Assembly (NCBI GenBank): GCA_965197525.1
Contig: OZ240211.1
Location: forward strand, 352,001-416,000
Length of the DNA stretch: 64,000 nt
DNA from: Nitrosopumilus sp.
GTDB taxonomy: Archaea; Thermoproteota; Nitrososphaeria; Nitrososphaerales; Nitrosopumilaceae
Reading direction: 5' to 3'
This document shows, in pieces, positions 53,216 through 64,000 of this stretch (positions are counted from its first letter, which is position 1; each line of letters begins with the position of its first letter). The translations under genes and the position numbers were made by a program. Under the pieces are notes generated by a model that saw nothing but the letters and a program-made list of their open reading frames with translations, made no database searches and was not told the origin of the DNA.

Positions 53216-53444
53216 ATCGTGTAATACTGCTTGAGTAGACATACTAGGTATACGATCGCGTATGTTATAAAGGTACCGTACTATACAGTACCATACTGTA
53301 TGAGGTATAATGTATGATGGAATCAGTGCAGAACTAGGCACAAATTTACAGAAACGAGGTCAGATTATGAGACACGGATCCGTGCACCATAGACAGAATC
53401 GTAGAGTCGATGTAAATAATAAACAGTTAAAATTTTGTTTATGG

Positions 53445-54803
53445 GTGAATGATGCTACCAGAAACACCTCTTCAGTAAGGATAATTCCAGTAGAGTTGCA
53501 TGGAAACCAATTTGAGGTTTACAATAAAATTGCTAGAAACTATTCATACTCGTTTCTATTTGAGACACTAGAGAGTGCCAAAATAAAAAATGCAATATCA
53601 ATTATAGGGTTTGACCCCAAGATAATATTCAAAGGGTATAAAGACAGAGTAGAGATTACTCAAGATGGAGCAGCAACCCAGGTCATAAAGACTACAAAAC
53701 CGTTTGCAGAACTAAAAAAGATATTAAAAAAATCCGATAATCATGCTTATCGATATCTAGGTGGCGCAGTAGGAATAGTGAACTATGATGCAATAAGACT
53801 AGTTGAAGACATTGAGGATTCGCACGGAGTAAAATATCCATTAATGGAGTTTGGAATTTATGATGATGGAATACTGTATGACAACACAAAGGGCAAGGCA
53901 TTTTATTTTTATCATGACGAATACAGGTTCGACAAGCTAAAATTTGACAAAGGAGAGTTCAGAGACTTTCACTCTAGCGACGTCACGCCATCTATAAGTA
54001 AAGAAGAGTTTTTCAAGGTTGTAGATAAAGCAAAAAAATACATCTATGAAGGGGACATATTTCAAGTCGTGCTGTCAATAAAATTTACATTTCAAACACA
54101 CGGGGATAATCTAAAATTATACAAAGCATTACGCAAATTAAACCCATCACCATACATGTACTATCTAAAACATGATAAAAAAAATGTTATTGGCACGTCG
54201 CCTGAAATGCTAGTCAGAATCACAGATGATATAGTGGAGACATTTCCAATCGCAGGTACAAGAAAGATTACAGATGATCAGATAAAAAATGCTCAGCGAT
54301 CAGAAGAACTGCTCAATGACGAAAAAGAGATAGCAGAACATACAATGCTATTAGATTTGGGGAGAAATGATATTGGCAAAGTATGCAAACCAGGATCAGT
54401 CAAAGTAGAGTCATTAATGAAGATAAAACAATTCAGCCATGTTCAGCATATGGTAAGTCATGTAACAGGCAAGATAGACTCGGATAATGACATGTTTGAT
54501 GCATTCCAAGCAATATTTCCTGCAGGGACAGTCTCAGGTGCGCCCAAAGTCAGAGCAATGGAGATAATTGACGAATTAGAGACGAGAACTAGAGAGGCGT
54601 ATGCTGGCGGAGTGGGATATTTTGCATACAACGGATATTGTGACTTTACAATAAACATTCGCAGCATATTCATTGATGGAGAGGAAGGATTCATACAAGC
54701 AGGCGCAGGAATTGTGTCTGACTCTACTGCAGAAGATGAGTTCAAAGAGATAGCACACAAATCAGGCGCCATGATTCAGGCATTAAAGGAAGCATCAGAC
54801 TAG
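53445..54803 (+). CDS. trpE: Anthranilate synthase component I (start uncertain; ORF open from 53310)
   Basis: GDIFQVVLS, NPSPYM, SPEMLV, PIAGTR, AEHTMLLDLGRND, FPAGTVSGAPK, AGAGIVSDS. Confidence 0.92.
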   Translation: MNDATRNTSSVRIIPVELHGNQFEVYNKIARNYSYSFLFETLESAKIKNAISIIGFDPKIIFKGYKDRVEITQDGAATQVIKTTKPFAELKKILKKSDNHAYRYLGGAVGIVNYDAIRLVEDIEDSHGVKYPLMEFGIYDDGILYDNTKGKAFYFYHDEYRFDKLKFDKGEFRDFHSSDVTPSISKEEFFKVVDKAKKYIYEGDIFQVVLSIKFTFQTHGDNLKLYKALRKLNPSPYMYYLKHDKKNVIGTSPEMLVRITDDIVETFPIAGTRKITDDQIKNAQRSEELLNDEKEIAEHTMLLDLGRNDIGKVCKPGSVKVESLMKIKQFSHVQHMVSHVTGKIDSDNDMFDAFQAIFPAGTVSGAPKVRAMEIIDELETRTREAYAGGVGYFAYNGYCDFTINIRSIFIDGEEGFIQAGAGIVSDSTAEDEFKEIAHKSGAMIQALKEASD

Positions 54804-54952
54804 ATGATTTGATGTTGCAAGATTGGCAGATTATCATCGCCGTCTCTTCATTCTGATACTAGCATTCGTTGGGATTATCTGTGTATTATTATCATTATTA
54901 CTATTATTATTATTATCATCAATACACAGTCATGCTAAAGAAACTACACAAA

Positions 54953-56459
54953 AGAGTTTATGATTAATCGGTTGGAAAAAAATTTCCGAAAAAATATTGG
55001 CATTACATATGGGGAGGTTAAAGCCCAACACGGGTAAGGCCCAACACGGTAAAATCAAAAAATCATGCGCAATCATGTGCATTTGGAATCTTCATGTGTA
55101 CCGGCTCGGCAGCATTATAAAATGAACAGACGCTATATCCTGCTCTTTATCTTATCCTTCCAGTATTGATAGGTATCATCCTGCCACATCTTTCGCTTGT
55201 TGTACATTCCACATATGCCGTTGAATTCTACGTTGAACTCTTCAGCAGTACCGTCGTATCGCCCGGACATGCGTTTCCAGTTTTTCACATGTGCAAAGAC
55301 GTTCTCTACAGGAACACGTCTTTTGGAGTGTGCCTTGTTTTGTGCTTTTTTGGTGGCAGTAAGCTTTCCTCCCTTGGGTTTTTTGTGTGGTACCTTTGCT
55401 GTTACCCCAAGAAGATAGTCCTGTATTCCCATGTATCCCCCGTCCAGATTCAGGCGTATGCGGTGGTCAGATGGTATGCGCTTTCCATTTATCATGCGAT
55501 CTGTCCATTTGCCAAAGTCTGGCAACCCTTGGGTCAATACAGTCAGGTCATGGCAGCTTCCCTCCCTGGAATCACTTATTCCAATGATGTAATTTTGCCT
55601 GTTTATCATCATGGCCGTGTTTATTGCAAACATTTTGCCCTTGCCAGAGTACTGTCTCTTTTGCTCGTCTTCGTCTTCAGGACGCGTGGTCTCTACAAGT
55701 GAGCCGTCTATGGTAATCTCACCACCGTCCCTGCCCGGTACAATCTCTTTGAACTCTTCTTCAGATTTTATCGTGGCAATGTACTTTGTAAGGTTGTCCG
55801 GTGTCACTACATATAGCTCATCATCGTACTTGTCTGCAAGCTTGAGATAGTTTGATACCGTGCTCTGATCTATACCAAAGAATGCACCAAGTGACTCCTG
55901 CCCCATGTTATGTGCCTTTCTTACCTGGGTCATGAGCAGAAAGTGCCGGATATACAACTTGCACTGGTTTCCGGACTCTTCTTTTCTATTATGGTCGTCC
56001 CGAAAGTGCGGGGCGTCGTTTGATTTTTTGATTATTCGGGTTAGATCCTCAAGCGTGTCATAAAATATCTCCTTTGTGTTTCTTGTAAGTGCGTTTATCA
56101 TCTTCTCATCTGAGAGCACATACTCTAACATTTCTTGTGCGTGAAGCAATCTTGTAGGCAGCACGGATGAATGCCTCATCTGTCCAAGCTCCGTATTCCA
56201 TAATGAGTCCTCCTTTGCTAGCCGTGTCTTCAGTCTCGAGATCTCTTTCTCTTTTTTCTTGTTCTCTTTGATCTGTTTTGTCTTCAGTCTCAAATTCTCT
56301 TTCTCTAACTTTGCCATCTTGGCCTCTAGTTTAGTTAGAACTTGTTTGTCCATTACCATATACTTGCAAGAGGTAAATTTAACGGCACGAGTTTAGTTTA
56401 ATAGAAAATTTGGCAAATTTTTCTGATCCTGTTTTTCTGGTCGATTAATCATAAACTCT
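54953..56459 (-). mobile_element. IS5-family (ISL2-like, DDE_Tnp_4 type) element, 1507 bp
   Basis: Perfect 18-bp terminal inverted repeats AGAGTTTATGATTAATCG (54953-54970, 56442-56459); AAA on both flanks as possible 3-bp target duplication. Confidence 0.9.
55133..56359 (-). CDS. Intact IS5-family transposase
   Basis: IDGSL...RP...YSGK...HD...LDGGYMG...KKPKGGKLT...RVPVENVFAHVK. Confidence 0.92.
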   Translation of the reverse strand: MVMDKQVLTKLEAKMAKLEKENLRLKTKQIKENKKKEKEISRLKTRLAKEDSLWNTELGQMRHSSVLPTRLLHAQEMLEYVLSDEKMINALTRNTKEIFYDTLEDLTRIIKKSNDAPHFRDDHNRKEESGNQCKLYIRHFLLMTQVRKAHNMGQESLGAFFGIDQSTVSNYLKLADKYDDELYVVTPDNLTKYIATIKSEEEFKEIVPGRDGGEITIDGSLVETTRPEDEDEQKRQYSGKGKMFAINTAMMINRQNYIIGISDSREGSCHDLTVLTQGLPDFGKWTDRMINGKRIPSDHRIRLNLDGGYMGIQDYLLGVTAKVPHKKPKGGKLTATKKAQNKAHSKRRVPVENVFAHVKNWKRMSGRYDGTAEEFNVEFNGICGMYNKRKMWQDDTYQYWKDKIKSRI

Positions 56460-56474
56460 AAAGTCAAAAGTACA

Positions 56475-56726
56475 TTACGGATCATCTGACTTTTCAAGCA
56501 ACTCTTTGATTACACGAGTTCTGACATTCGCATACTCCCATTGCCGCAGATTCGCTTGCTTGCACTCCTCCTTGATTATCAGTCCTGCCAGACCGTTACT
56601 CCAGATGTGACGTCTGGTATCGTACACCTGGATTATCTTTCCATGTTTTGTAACCTTGATTGCGCCATGACATCTTTGAATCACACGTGGTGTTACCATT
56701 CGATAGATCTTCTCAAAGTCTGTCAT
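56475..56726 (-). CDS. Hypothetical protein of thaumarchaeal type (83 aa)
   Basis: QRCHGAIKVTKHGKIIQVYD...GLAGLIIKEECK. Confidence 0.7.
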   Translation of the reverse strand: MTDFEKIYRMVTPRVIQRCHGAIKVTKHGKIIQVYDTRRHIWSNGLAGLIIKEECKQANLRQWEYANVRTRVIKELLEKSDDP

Positions 56727-57041
56727 GTCATTACTGCACCGTGTCGTGTCAAAAAGGTTCTGGTTATGGTGTAGAATTCTACCGTACAAAAATCATATTG
56801 CCTATGCATTAAACGCCTGACTAATTGTTTTGTCTCGGTTTTTCATGGATTTGTTTATAATTTCGGCGGTCGGATCCGAAGTAATCACACTCATCAAGTA
56901 TGATTACATCCCGAGGTTCTTAAACATGATAGAATTGAAACAACATACAATTCCGTCAAGCGTGTTTGGCTTGCGCTCTGTCCTGATTTGGGACTGATTC
57001 GTGGTAGAGTCTTTATCATCTGCCGCGCCGAACACGTATTC

Positions 57042-57167
57042 ATGCCCCAGAAATGTCCAAGATGCGGAAGCTCCAAGGTGACAGAGAGAGTCTACGAATT
57101 CCGATTGAGATTGGGAGAAGGGTGGACTTGGGCATTCTGCATTCGTTTGAACTGGAAGATTTTTTAG
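57042..57167 (+). CDS. Possible small zinc-ribbon ORF or gene remnant
   Basis: MPQKCPRCGSSKVTERVYEFRLRLGEGWTWAFC; frame is open from 56904 without an earlier ATG. Confidence 0.3.
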   Translation: MPQKCPRCGSSKVTERVYEFRLRLGEGWTWAFCIRLNWKIF

Positions 57168-57405
57168 TACCATGTTTGCTTGGTTTGCTTGGAGGGTATG
57201 TGTTTTTGGTCATGATTAGTGGTCTGATTGGCAACGCACCTCTGCTCAAGACAATTTTCGATTGAAAGCGTTTTATACACCGTTCAAATTCAGTTGACAT
57301 GCCTAATCTGATCTGATTTTGAACCAATTAGGCATAGTTGATGATAATTAGGAAACAAAGTCATACAACAGACATGAATATATACAAAAAGGAATTACAA
57401 AAAAT

Positions 57406-57801
57406 ATGAAAGATCCTGTTGTTGCTTACAAAGAGAGATTAGAAATTATATCTAGTTTGACAAAAAAAGAAGAATATGCAAATTGTTTTAATATTGCAAA
57501 AAATTTGACTAATTTTAGTTGGACAATGGAATTAAAAGATGAAGTATTTATCAGTGAAATTTTAGAAGCGTTATTCAGTGAACTGAATTTACTGATACAA
57601 AAGTATAAGATACCACCTGAAAAAAGAGAGGAACTAAAGAAAGAGCTAGTCAAATACATGGAAAAATTAATTTCGATATATGACGAAAAAAACTCGGATA
57701 AACTATATGATTGCTTGAAAGATTTTAGATATTGCGCAACTTTTCATCAACTTAACGCATGGCAAAAATATCCAGAACGACTAGAAGGTAGGTATGCATG
57801 A
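57406..57801 (+). CDS. Hypothetical all-helical protein, first gene of the toxin-antitoxin unit
   Basis: 131-aa AT-rich ORF overlapping the next start by 8 nt. Confidence 0.7.
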   Translation: MKDPVVAYKERLEIISSLTKKEEYANCFNIAKNLTNFSWTMELKDEVFISEILEALFSELNLLIQKYKIPPEKREELKKELVKYMEKLISIYDEKNSDKLYDCLKDFRYCATFHQLNAWQKYPERLEGRYA

Positions 57802-58087
57802 TAAATTGACTCTGTTAACAGAATTCCAAAAAAATGAAGAAAAACAAAAATCACAACTAATATATCGTAATTTATTAGAAATCAAAGAAAAACCACCTAA
57901 AGAAGCACATGAAATTATTGTTAGAATACTTTACAACCAACAAGAGCGTATACAAAAACTAATCGAGCATAACCGAGAACTATGGTTACAAATTCAGACA
58001 TATAAAAATAATCAACAGGAGACAACGCAAGATATTATGAGAGAAATCTGGGATAATGAAGAGGATGAGTTCTGGGATAGCCTTTGA
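57794..58087 (+). CDS. Putative antitoxin
   Basis: Coiled-coil body with acidic tail IWDNEEDEFWDSL, a motif seen upstream of PemK/MazF genes; overlaps the toxin start. Confidence 0.6.
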   Translation: MHDKLTLLTEFQKNEEKQKSQLIYRNLLEIKEKPPKEAHEIIVRILYNQQERIQKLIEHNRELWLQIQTYKNNQQETTQDIMREIWDNEEDEFWDSL

Positions 58088-58418
58088 ACCTCAAGAAATT
58101 CTTTTGACTAGTGTAGTATTCCCTGAACAAAAATCTAAACAACGGCCTGTGTTAGTTATTTCCAAATTTTCAAAACAGGATTCTAGAAATACGTTCATCT
58201 GTTTACCAATAACATCTTCTTTATCTGATGATCAATTTGCAATGGGCATCGATGCTGCAGATATGCAGGATGGTCGTTTGTATAAACCAAGTCAAGTCTT
58301 ATGCGAATATTATTTTACACAATTAAAAACACATGTAATTAAGAAAATCGGAAAAGTTACCCCACAATTCTATCAAAAAATTAAACAAAAAATACGTCAA
58401 GATATTTTAGATATTTAA
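58065..58418 (+). CDS. PemK/MazF-family endoribonuclease toxin
   Basis: ILLTSVVFPEQKSKQRPVLVIS...ICLPITS...SQVLCE...IKKIGKV. Confidence 0.85.
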   Translation: MSSGIAFEPQEILLTSVVFPEQKSKQRPVLVISKFSKQDSRNTFICLPITSSLSDDQFAMGIDAADMQDGRLYKPSQVLCEYYFTQLKTHVIKKIGKVTPQFYQKIKQKIRQDILDI

Positions 58419-58433
58419 ATTCAAAAAATAAAC

Positions 58434-58613
58434 ATGATTATCTCACACCATGAGGCATTTGCCACTTTATTGGTGAATAGAACATCTGTGTACGGATTGA
58501 TCGAGATCCATGATGCCACATACAGCATTGAGTTTACCGAAATAGAGCATGTGCACTGGTTATATGAAAAGAATATACCGTGTACCCTGATTAGATTATT
58601 CAGTTTCGTTTAG
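58434..58613 (+). CDS. 59-aa hypothetical ORF or gene fragment directly after the toxin
   Basis: MIISHHEAFATLLVNRTSVYGLIEIHDATYSIEFTEIEHVHWLYEKNIPC..., 15 nt after the toxin stop. Confidence 0.3.
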   Translation: MIISHHEAFATLLVNRTSVYGLIEIHDATYSIEFTEIEHVHWLYEKNIPCTLIRLFSFV

Positions 58614-58895
58614 ATCAAAAAACCACAATTGGTTGAGAGACAAATAACACATTCAAATATTGGATCTTAAGACTAATTTTCCACATAATTCACAGTTTTC
58701 CAAAATAACAGATCAGACAGAAAACAGAGAATGTAACATTTTATATATTTCCCAATCACCAACTATGTCATGAGTCACACATCAGGTAAATCTCACAAGA
58801 TATGTACCACTACTAGATGTACGACTCGTTGTTTTTGGCTTTTGGGATAAGTTGTCAAATATTCAAGATAAAAAATGTACATCGGAGGTGACGTT

Positions 58896-59504
58896 ATGAA
58901 ATTTCTCATAATTGACAATTATGACTCATTTGTATATAATATTGCACAGTATCTAGGAGAGTTGGGAGTAGATTGTGATGTTGTCAGAAATGACAAAATT
59001 ACAGTAAAAGAGATAGAACAGACAGGAGGATACGATGCAGTAGTAATATCACCCGGACCGGGAACACCAATCGATAAAAAATATTTTGGAGTGTGTAGTG
59101 ATATAATCAGAGATATCGGACACGATATGCCAATTCTTGGTATATGTCTTGGACATCAAGGGATCATCGATGCGTTTGGAGGCACTGTGACTAATGCAGG
59201 TACAGTCAGACATGGAAAGACCAGCCCGATAACATATACAGACTCTGAGCTATTTCAAGACGTAGAGAACCCATTTCAAGCAACAAGGTATCATAGTCTA
59301 GTAGGCGATAAGACAGTAATTCCCGACGTACTACAAGTTATAGCAACAGCAGATGATGACAATGAGATCATGGCAGTAAGACACAGAAAACACCTAATCC
59401 AAGGCGTGCAATTTCATCCAGAGTCAATAATGACCAAAGAAGGTAAAAAAATTCTCAGGAACTTCATAAGACAGGTAAAGACACAAAAGGCAATACGGCG
59501 ATGA
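58896..59504 (+). CDS. trpG: Anthranilate synthase component II (glutamine amidotransferase)
   Basis: IDNYDSFVYN, ISPGPG, GICLGHQ, RYHSL, QFHPES; GGAGGTGA ribosome-binding site upstream. Confidence 0.97.
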   Translation: MKFLIIDNYDSFVYNIAQYLGELGVDCDVVRNDKITVKEIEQTGGYDAVVISPGPGTPIDKKYFGVCSDIIRDIGHDMPILGICLGHQGIIDAFGGTVTNAGTVRHGKTSPITYTDSELFQDVENPFQATRYHSLVGDKTVIPDVLQVIATADDDNEIMAVRHRKHLIQGVQFHPESIMTKEGKKILRNFIRQVKTQKAIRR

Positions 59505-60577
59505 TGATGGTGATGACAAGCAGTGAGAGTATGACGATGTCACATATTATAATGAAATTACAGCAAGGAGAAGATCTAACAGACGATGAGATCGACTGTG
59601 TTATGACAGACATGCTTTCTGGAAGAGCAGACAAACAGAGTATAATAGATTTTTTATCAAACCTGACAAGAAAAGGAGAGACTGACGACGAGTTAGTAGG
59701 CATGTTAGAGAAGATGCAAGAGTTTTCGTTACAAGTGGATATCAAAGATAAAACATCAACTGCAATAGACATGTGTGGGACAGGAGGGGACAGACTTGAG
59801 ACGTTTAACATCTCAACTACTGCGTCGTTTGTAGTAACAGCTGCAGGCGGATTAGTTGCAAAACATGGAAACCGCTCTAGTCTAGGAGTTTCTGGCAGTT
59901 CTGATATCTTTGAGTATTTCGGATATAGTTTGAACAAAGAACCAGTAGAGATTGCAGACATCTTAAGAGAGAACAACATCTGTTTTATGTTTGCGCAAAA
60001 ATTTCATCCGGCAATGAAGCACGTGGCTGCTGCAAGAAAGCAGATAAAGACGAGAACGGCATTTAATCTTCTAGGCCCATTGTCAAATCCCGCAATGGTG
60101 AAAAATCAGCTAGTAGGAGTGTCAAGTATGGAACATTTGAAGAGATTGCCTGTAATTCTGAAGAGAAGAGGAGCCAAAAACATCATATCAGTTTGCTCAA
60201 ACAACGGAATGGACGAACTATCAACTAGTGGGGTAAACCAAATATGTGTATTAAAAGACGGCAATATCACAACAGCTGCGTTAGATCCGCTAGATGTAGG
60301 GTTGCACAGATCAAGGTTGGCAGACATACAGATAAAGACAAGAGAGGATGCAATACGATCATTTGTAAATGTGTTAAACGGGACGGCAAACCAGGCAATG
60401 ATTGAAACCACAGCACTAAATGCGGCAGGGGGATTGATAGTGGCAGGCATGGCAGACAACTTTGATGATGGGACAAATCTTGCATTAGACACAATAAAGA
60501 ACGGTAAAGCATTCAGATGCTTGAGACAGTTTGTTAAAAATACAGGAGATGTGTCAAAACTAGATGATGTGATATAA
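59501..60577 (+). CDS. trpD: Anthranilate phosphoribosyltransferase
   Basis: DMCGTGGD, FNISTT, KHGNRS, RTAFNLLGPL, GMDEL. Confidence 0.97.
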   Translation: MMMVMTSSESMTMSHIIMKLQQGEDLTDDEIDCVMTDMLSGRADKQSIIDFLSNLTRKGETDDELVGMLEKMQEFSLQVDIKDKTSTAIDMCGTGGDRLETFNISTTASFVVTAAGGLVAKHGNRSSLGVSGSSDIFEYFGYSLNKEPVEIADILRENNICFMFAQKFHPAMKHVAAARKQIKTRTAFNLLGPLSNPAMVKNQLVGVSSMEHLKRLPVILKRRGAKNIISVCSNNGMDELSTSGVNQICVLKDGNITTAALDPLDVGLHRSRLADIQIKTREDAIRSFVNVLNGTANQAMIETTALNAAGGLIVAGMADNFDDGTNLALDTIKNGKAFRCLRQFVKNTGDVSKLDDVI

Positions 60578-61352
60578 TGGCAGGCAATATTCTAAAAAAA
60601 CTAGTGAATAATTCTCAGATAGCAATTGATGATGGGGCATATGATGTTGACGTTAACTTGCAGAGATCAGAGAAGGATTTTAAGACGATAATAAAGACAA
60701 ATACACATGCAACGCTACTAACTGAGATAAAGTTCTCATCGCCGTCATTGGGAAAGATCAGAACACCGAGTGATGCTGCCAGCATAGCAAGGCAGATGGT
60801 GGCAGGAGGTGCAAGGGCCATATCAGTACTTACACAACCACATCTGTTTCATGGATCACCTGACTATCTCATAAACGTAAGACAGGCAACTGACGTGCCA
60901 ATACTGATGAAGGATGTCATGATAGACCATATTCAAATTGATGCAGCAGAAAAGATTGGAGCAGACTACATACTGGTAATACAATCACTGTACAATCAAG
61001 GATACCTCAAAGATATAGACGAGTTTATCAGATATGCCCATAATAAAGGATTAGAGGTGTTATTAGAGGTGCATACAAAAAAAGAGCTGCAAGATGCTCA
61101 AAACACCATGGCAGATATAATCGGCATAAACAATCGAAATCTTGATACGCTAAACATAGATGTCAAAAATACAGAAGAGTTGTTGGCAGGGTATCAAAAG
61201 ACGACGGTGCCAATAATATCAGAGAGCGGGATAGAGACAACAGATGATATAAGATATCTAAAAAAATGCGGAGCTGACGCATTTCTAGTGGGAACAAGCA
61301 TAATGAAGAGCAGTAATATTGAACAACATGTCCGAGGATTGGTGAATGCGTT

Positions 61353-61356
<4 letters not shown>
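60577..61356 (+). CDS. trpC: Indole-3-glycerol phosphate synthase
   Basis: [42 protein letters not shown]. Confidence 0.96.
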
Positions 61357-63402
<2,046 letters not shown>

Positions 63403-63799
63403 GTGGCAGTCGACTGAAACAAAGTACGCTGCCAACTCTTCAATGTTTTTCGATCCCTAGTTAAGTTAGTATTTCTTCAAGATATATCAAGTGTGAAATG
63501 CTTAATTTTTTAATAATTTACCACCCTGATTTAACACGAGTTCTAAAAATCCCCAAAATTTAACAGTGTAGAAATACTGTATTAGTATCGTTTGTGATCA
63601 CATTGAATAGAGGGATAAACCGTTTTTCGATAAATTCAGACAAGCCAAAAACAGTTCAGAATACTTTGGCTGATTGATCAGCTGTTTATTTTGCTCCATT
63701 CCTTGTATTTTATGACAATTGACTTTTCTTAGACTATATCAGATGCTTGACATGCCATCAATACAAAACATACAAAAACTAGATATTCGTTTTAGTAAC

Positions 63800-64000
63800 G
63801 TGAAGACAAAGTTCATTTTTGTGACAGGAGGGGTAATGTCAGGCCTTGGCAAGGGTGTAACTACGTCATCGATTGCAAAGTTACTACAGTTAGCCAATCA
63901 AAGGGTATCATGTGTCAAGATAGACCCATACCTCAACTACGATGCAGGCACGATGAATCCAATAGCACATGGAGAGGTCTTTGTCACAGAAGATGGGGGA
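63800..64000 (+). CDS. pyrG: CTP synthase, N-terminal part (runs off the right edge; not in ORF track)
   Basis: GTG start; [22 protein letters not shown]...[27 protein letters not shown]. Confidence 0.97.
   Translation, partial: MKTKFIFVTGGVMSGLGKGVTTSSIAKLLQLANQRVSCVKIDPYLNYDAGTMNPIAHGEVFVTEDGG

Noticed and set aside
54820-54963. Hydrophobic ORF (RRLFILILAFVGIICVLLSLLLLLLLSS) apparently cut by the IS5 element
   Set aside because: Hydrophobicity comes from a (TAT)n tract; the continuation beyond the IS is antisense to another gene.
56894-57327. Three overlapping minus-strand ORFs and one plus-strand 70-aa ORF
   Set aside because: No recognisable motif; mutually exclusive; only the CPRCGS frame looked protein-like.
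58770-58850. 26-aa ORF with one Trp upstream of trpG as an attenuator leader
   Set aside because: Single Trp codon, no terminator/antiterminator pair seen, and no established archaeal trp attenuation of this kind.

Overview
Archaeal window, most likely a Nitrosopumilaceae-type thaumarchaeon (purS-purQ-purL, trp genes, pyrG, CFI-box-CTERM protein, many thaumarchaeal-style micro zinc-finger genes). The load of IS elements, pseudogenes, trinucleotide expansions and giant secreted repeat proteins suggests a host-associated lineage (inference). About 31 kb is two minus-strand gene pairs encoding four giant secreted proteins. Three of them share 20 copies of one ~240-252 aa module, a proprotein-convertase P-domain inserted into an Ig-like domain, behind different heads: LVIVD propellers, a Glu-His-Ser subtilase with PKD domains, and BspA/DUF285 repeats. 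The fourth has four 7-repeat propellers, two nested inside PKD domains. Each pair is headed by a poly-G tract, and module copies look exchanged between genes. Also present: an IS110 with inferable ends and a candidate bridge RNA whose loop matches its own insertion flank, a related orphan hairpin 32 kb away, an intact IS5-family element, two IS630 pieces, an atypical tRNA-Leu(UAA), a DUF1998-type helicase next to a PD-(D/E)XK nuclease, and a MazF/PemK module between trpE and trpG. Several frameshifts sit inside multicopy repeats and may be assembly errors. All domain calls are by-eye motif recognition; no searches were run.
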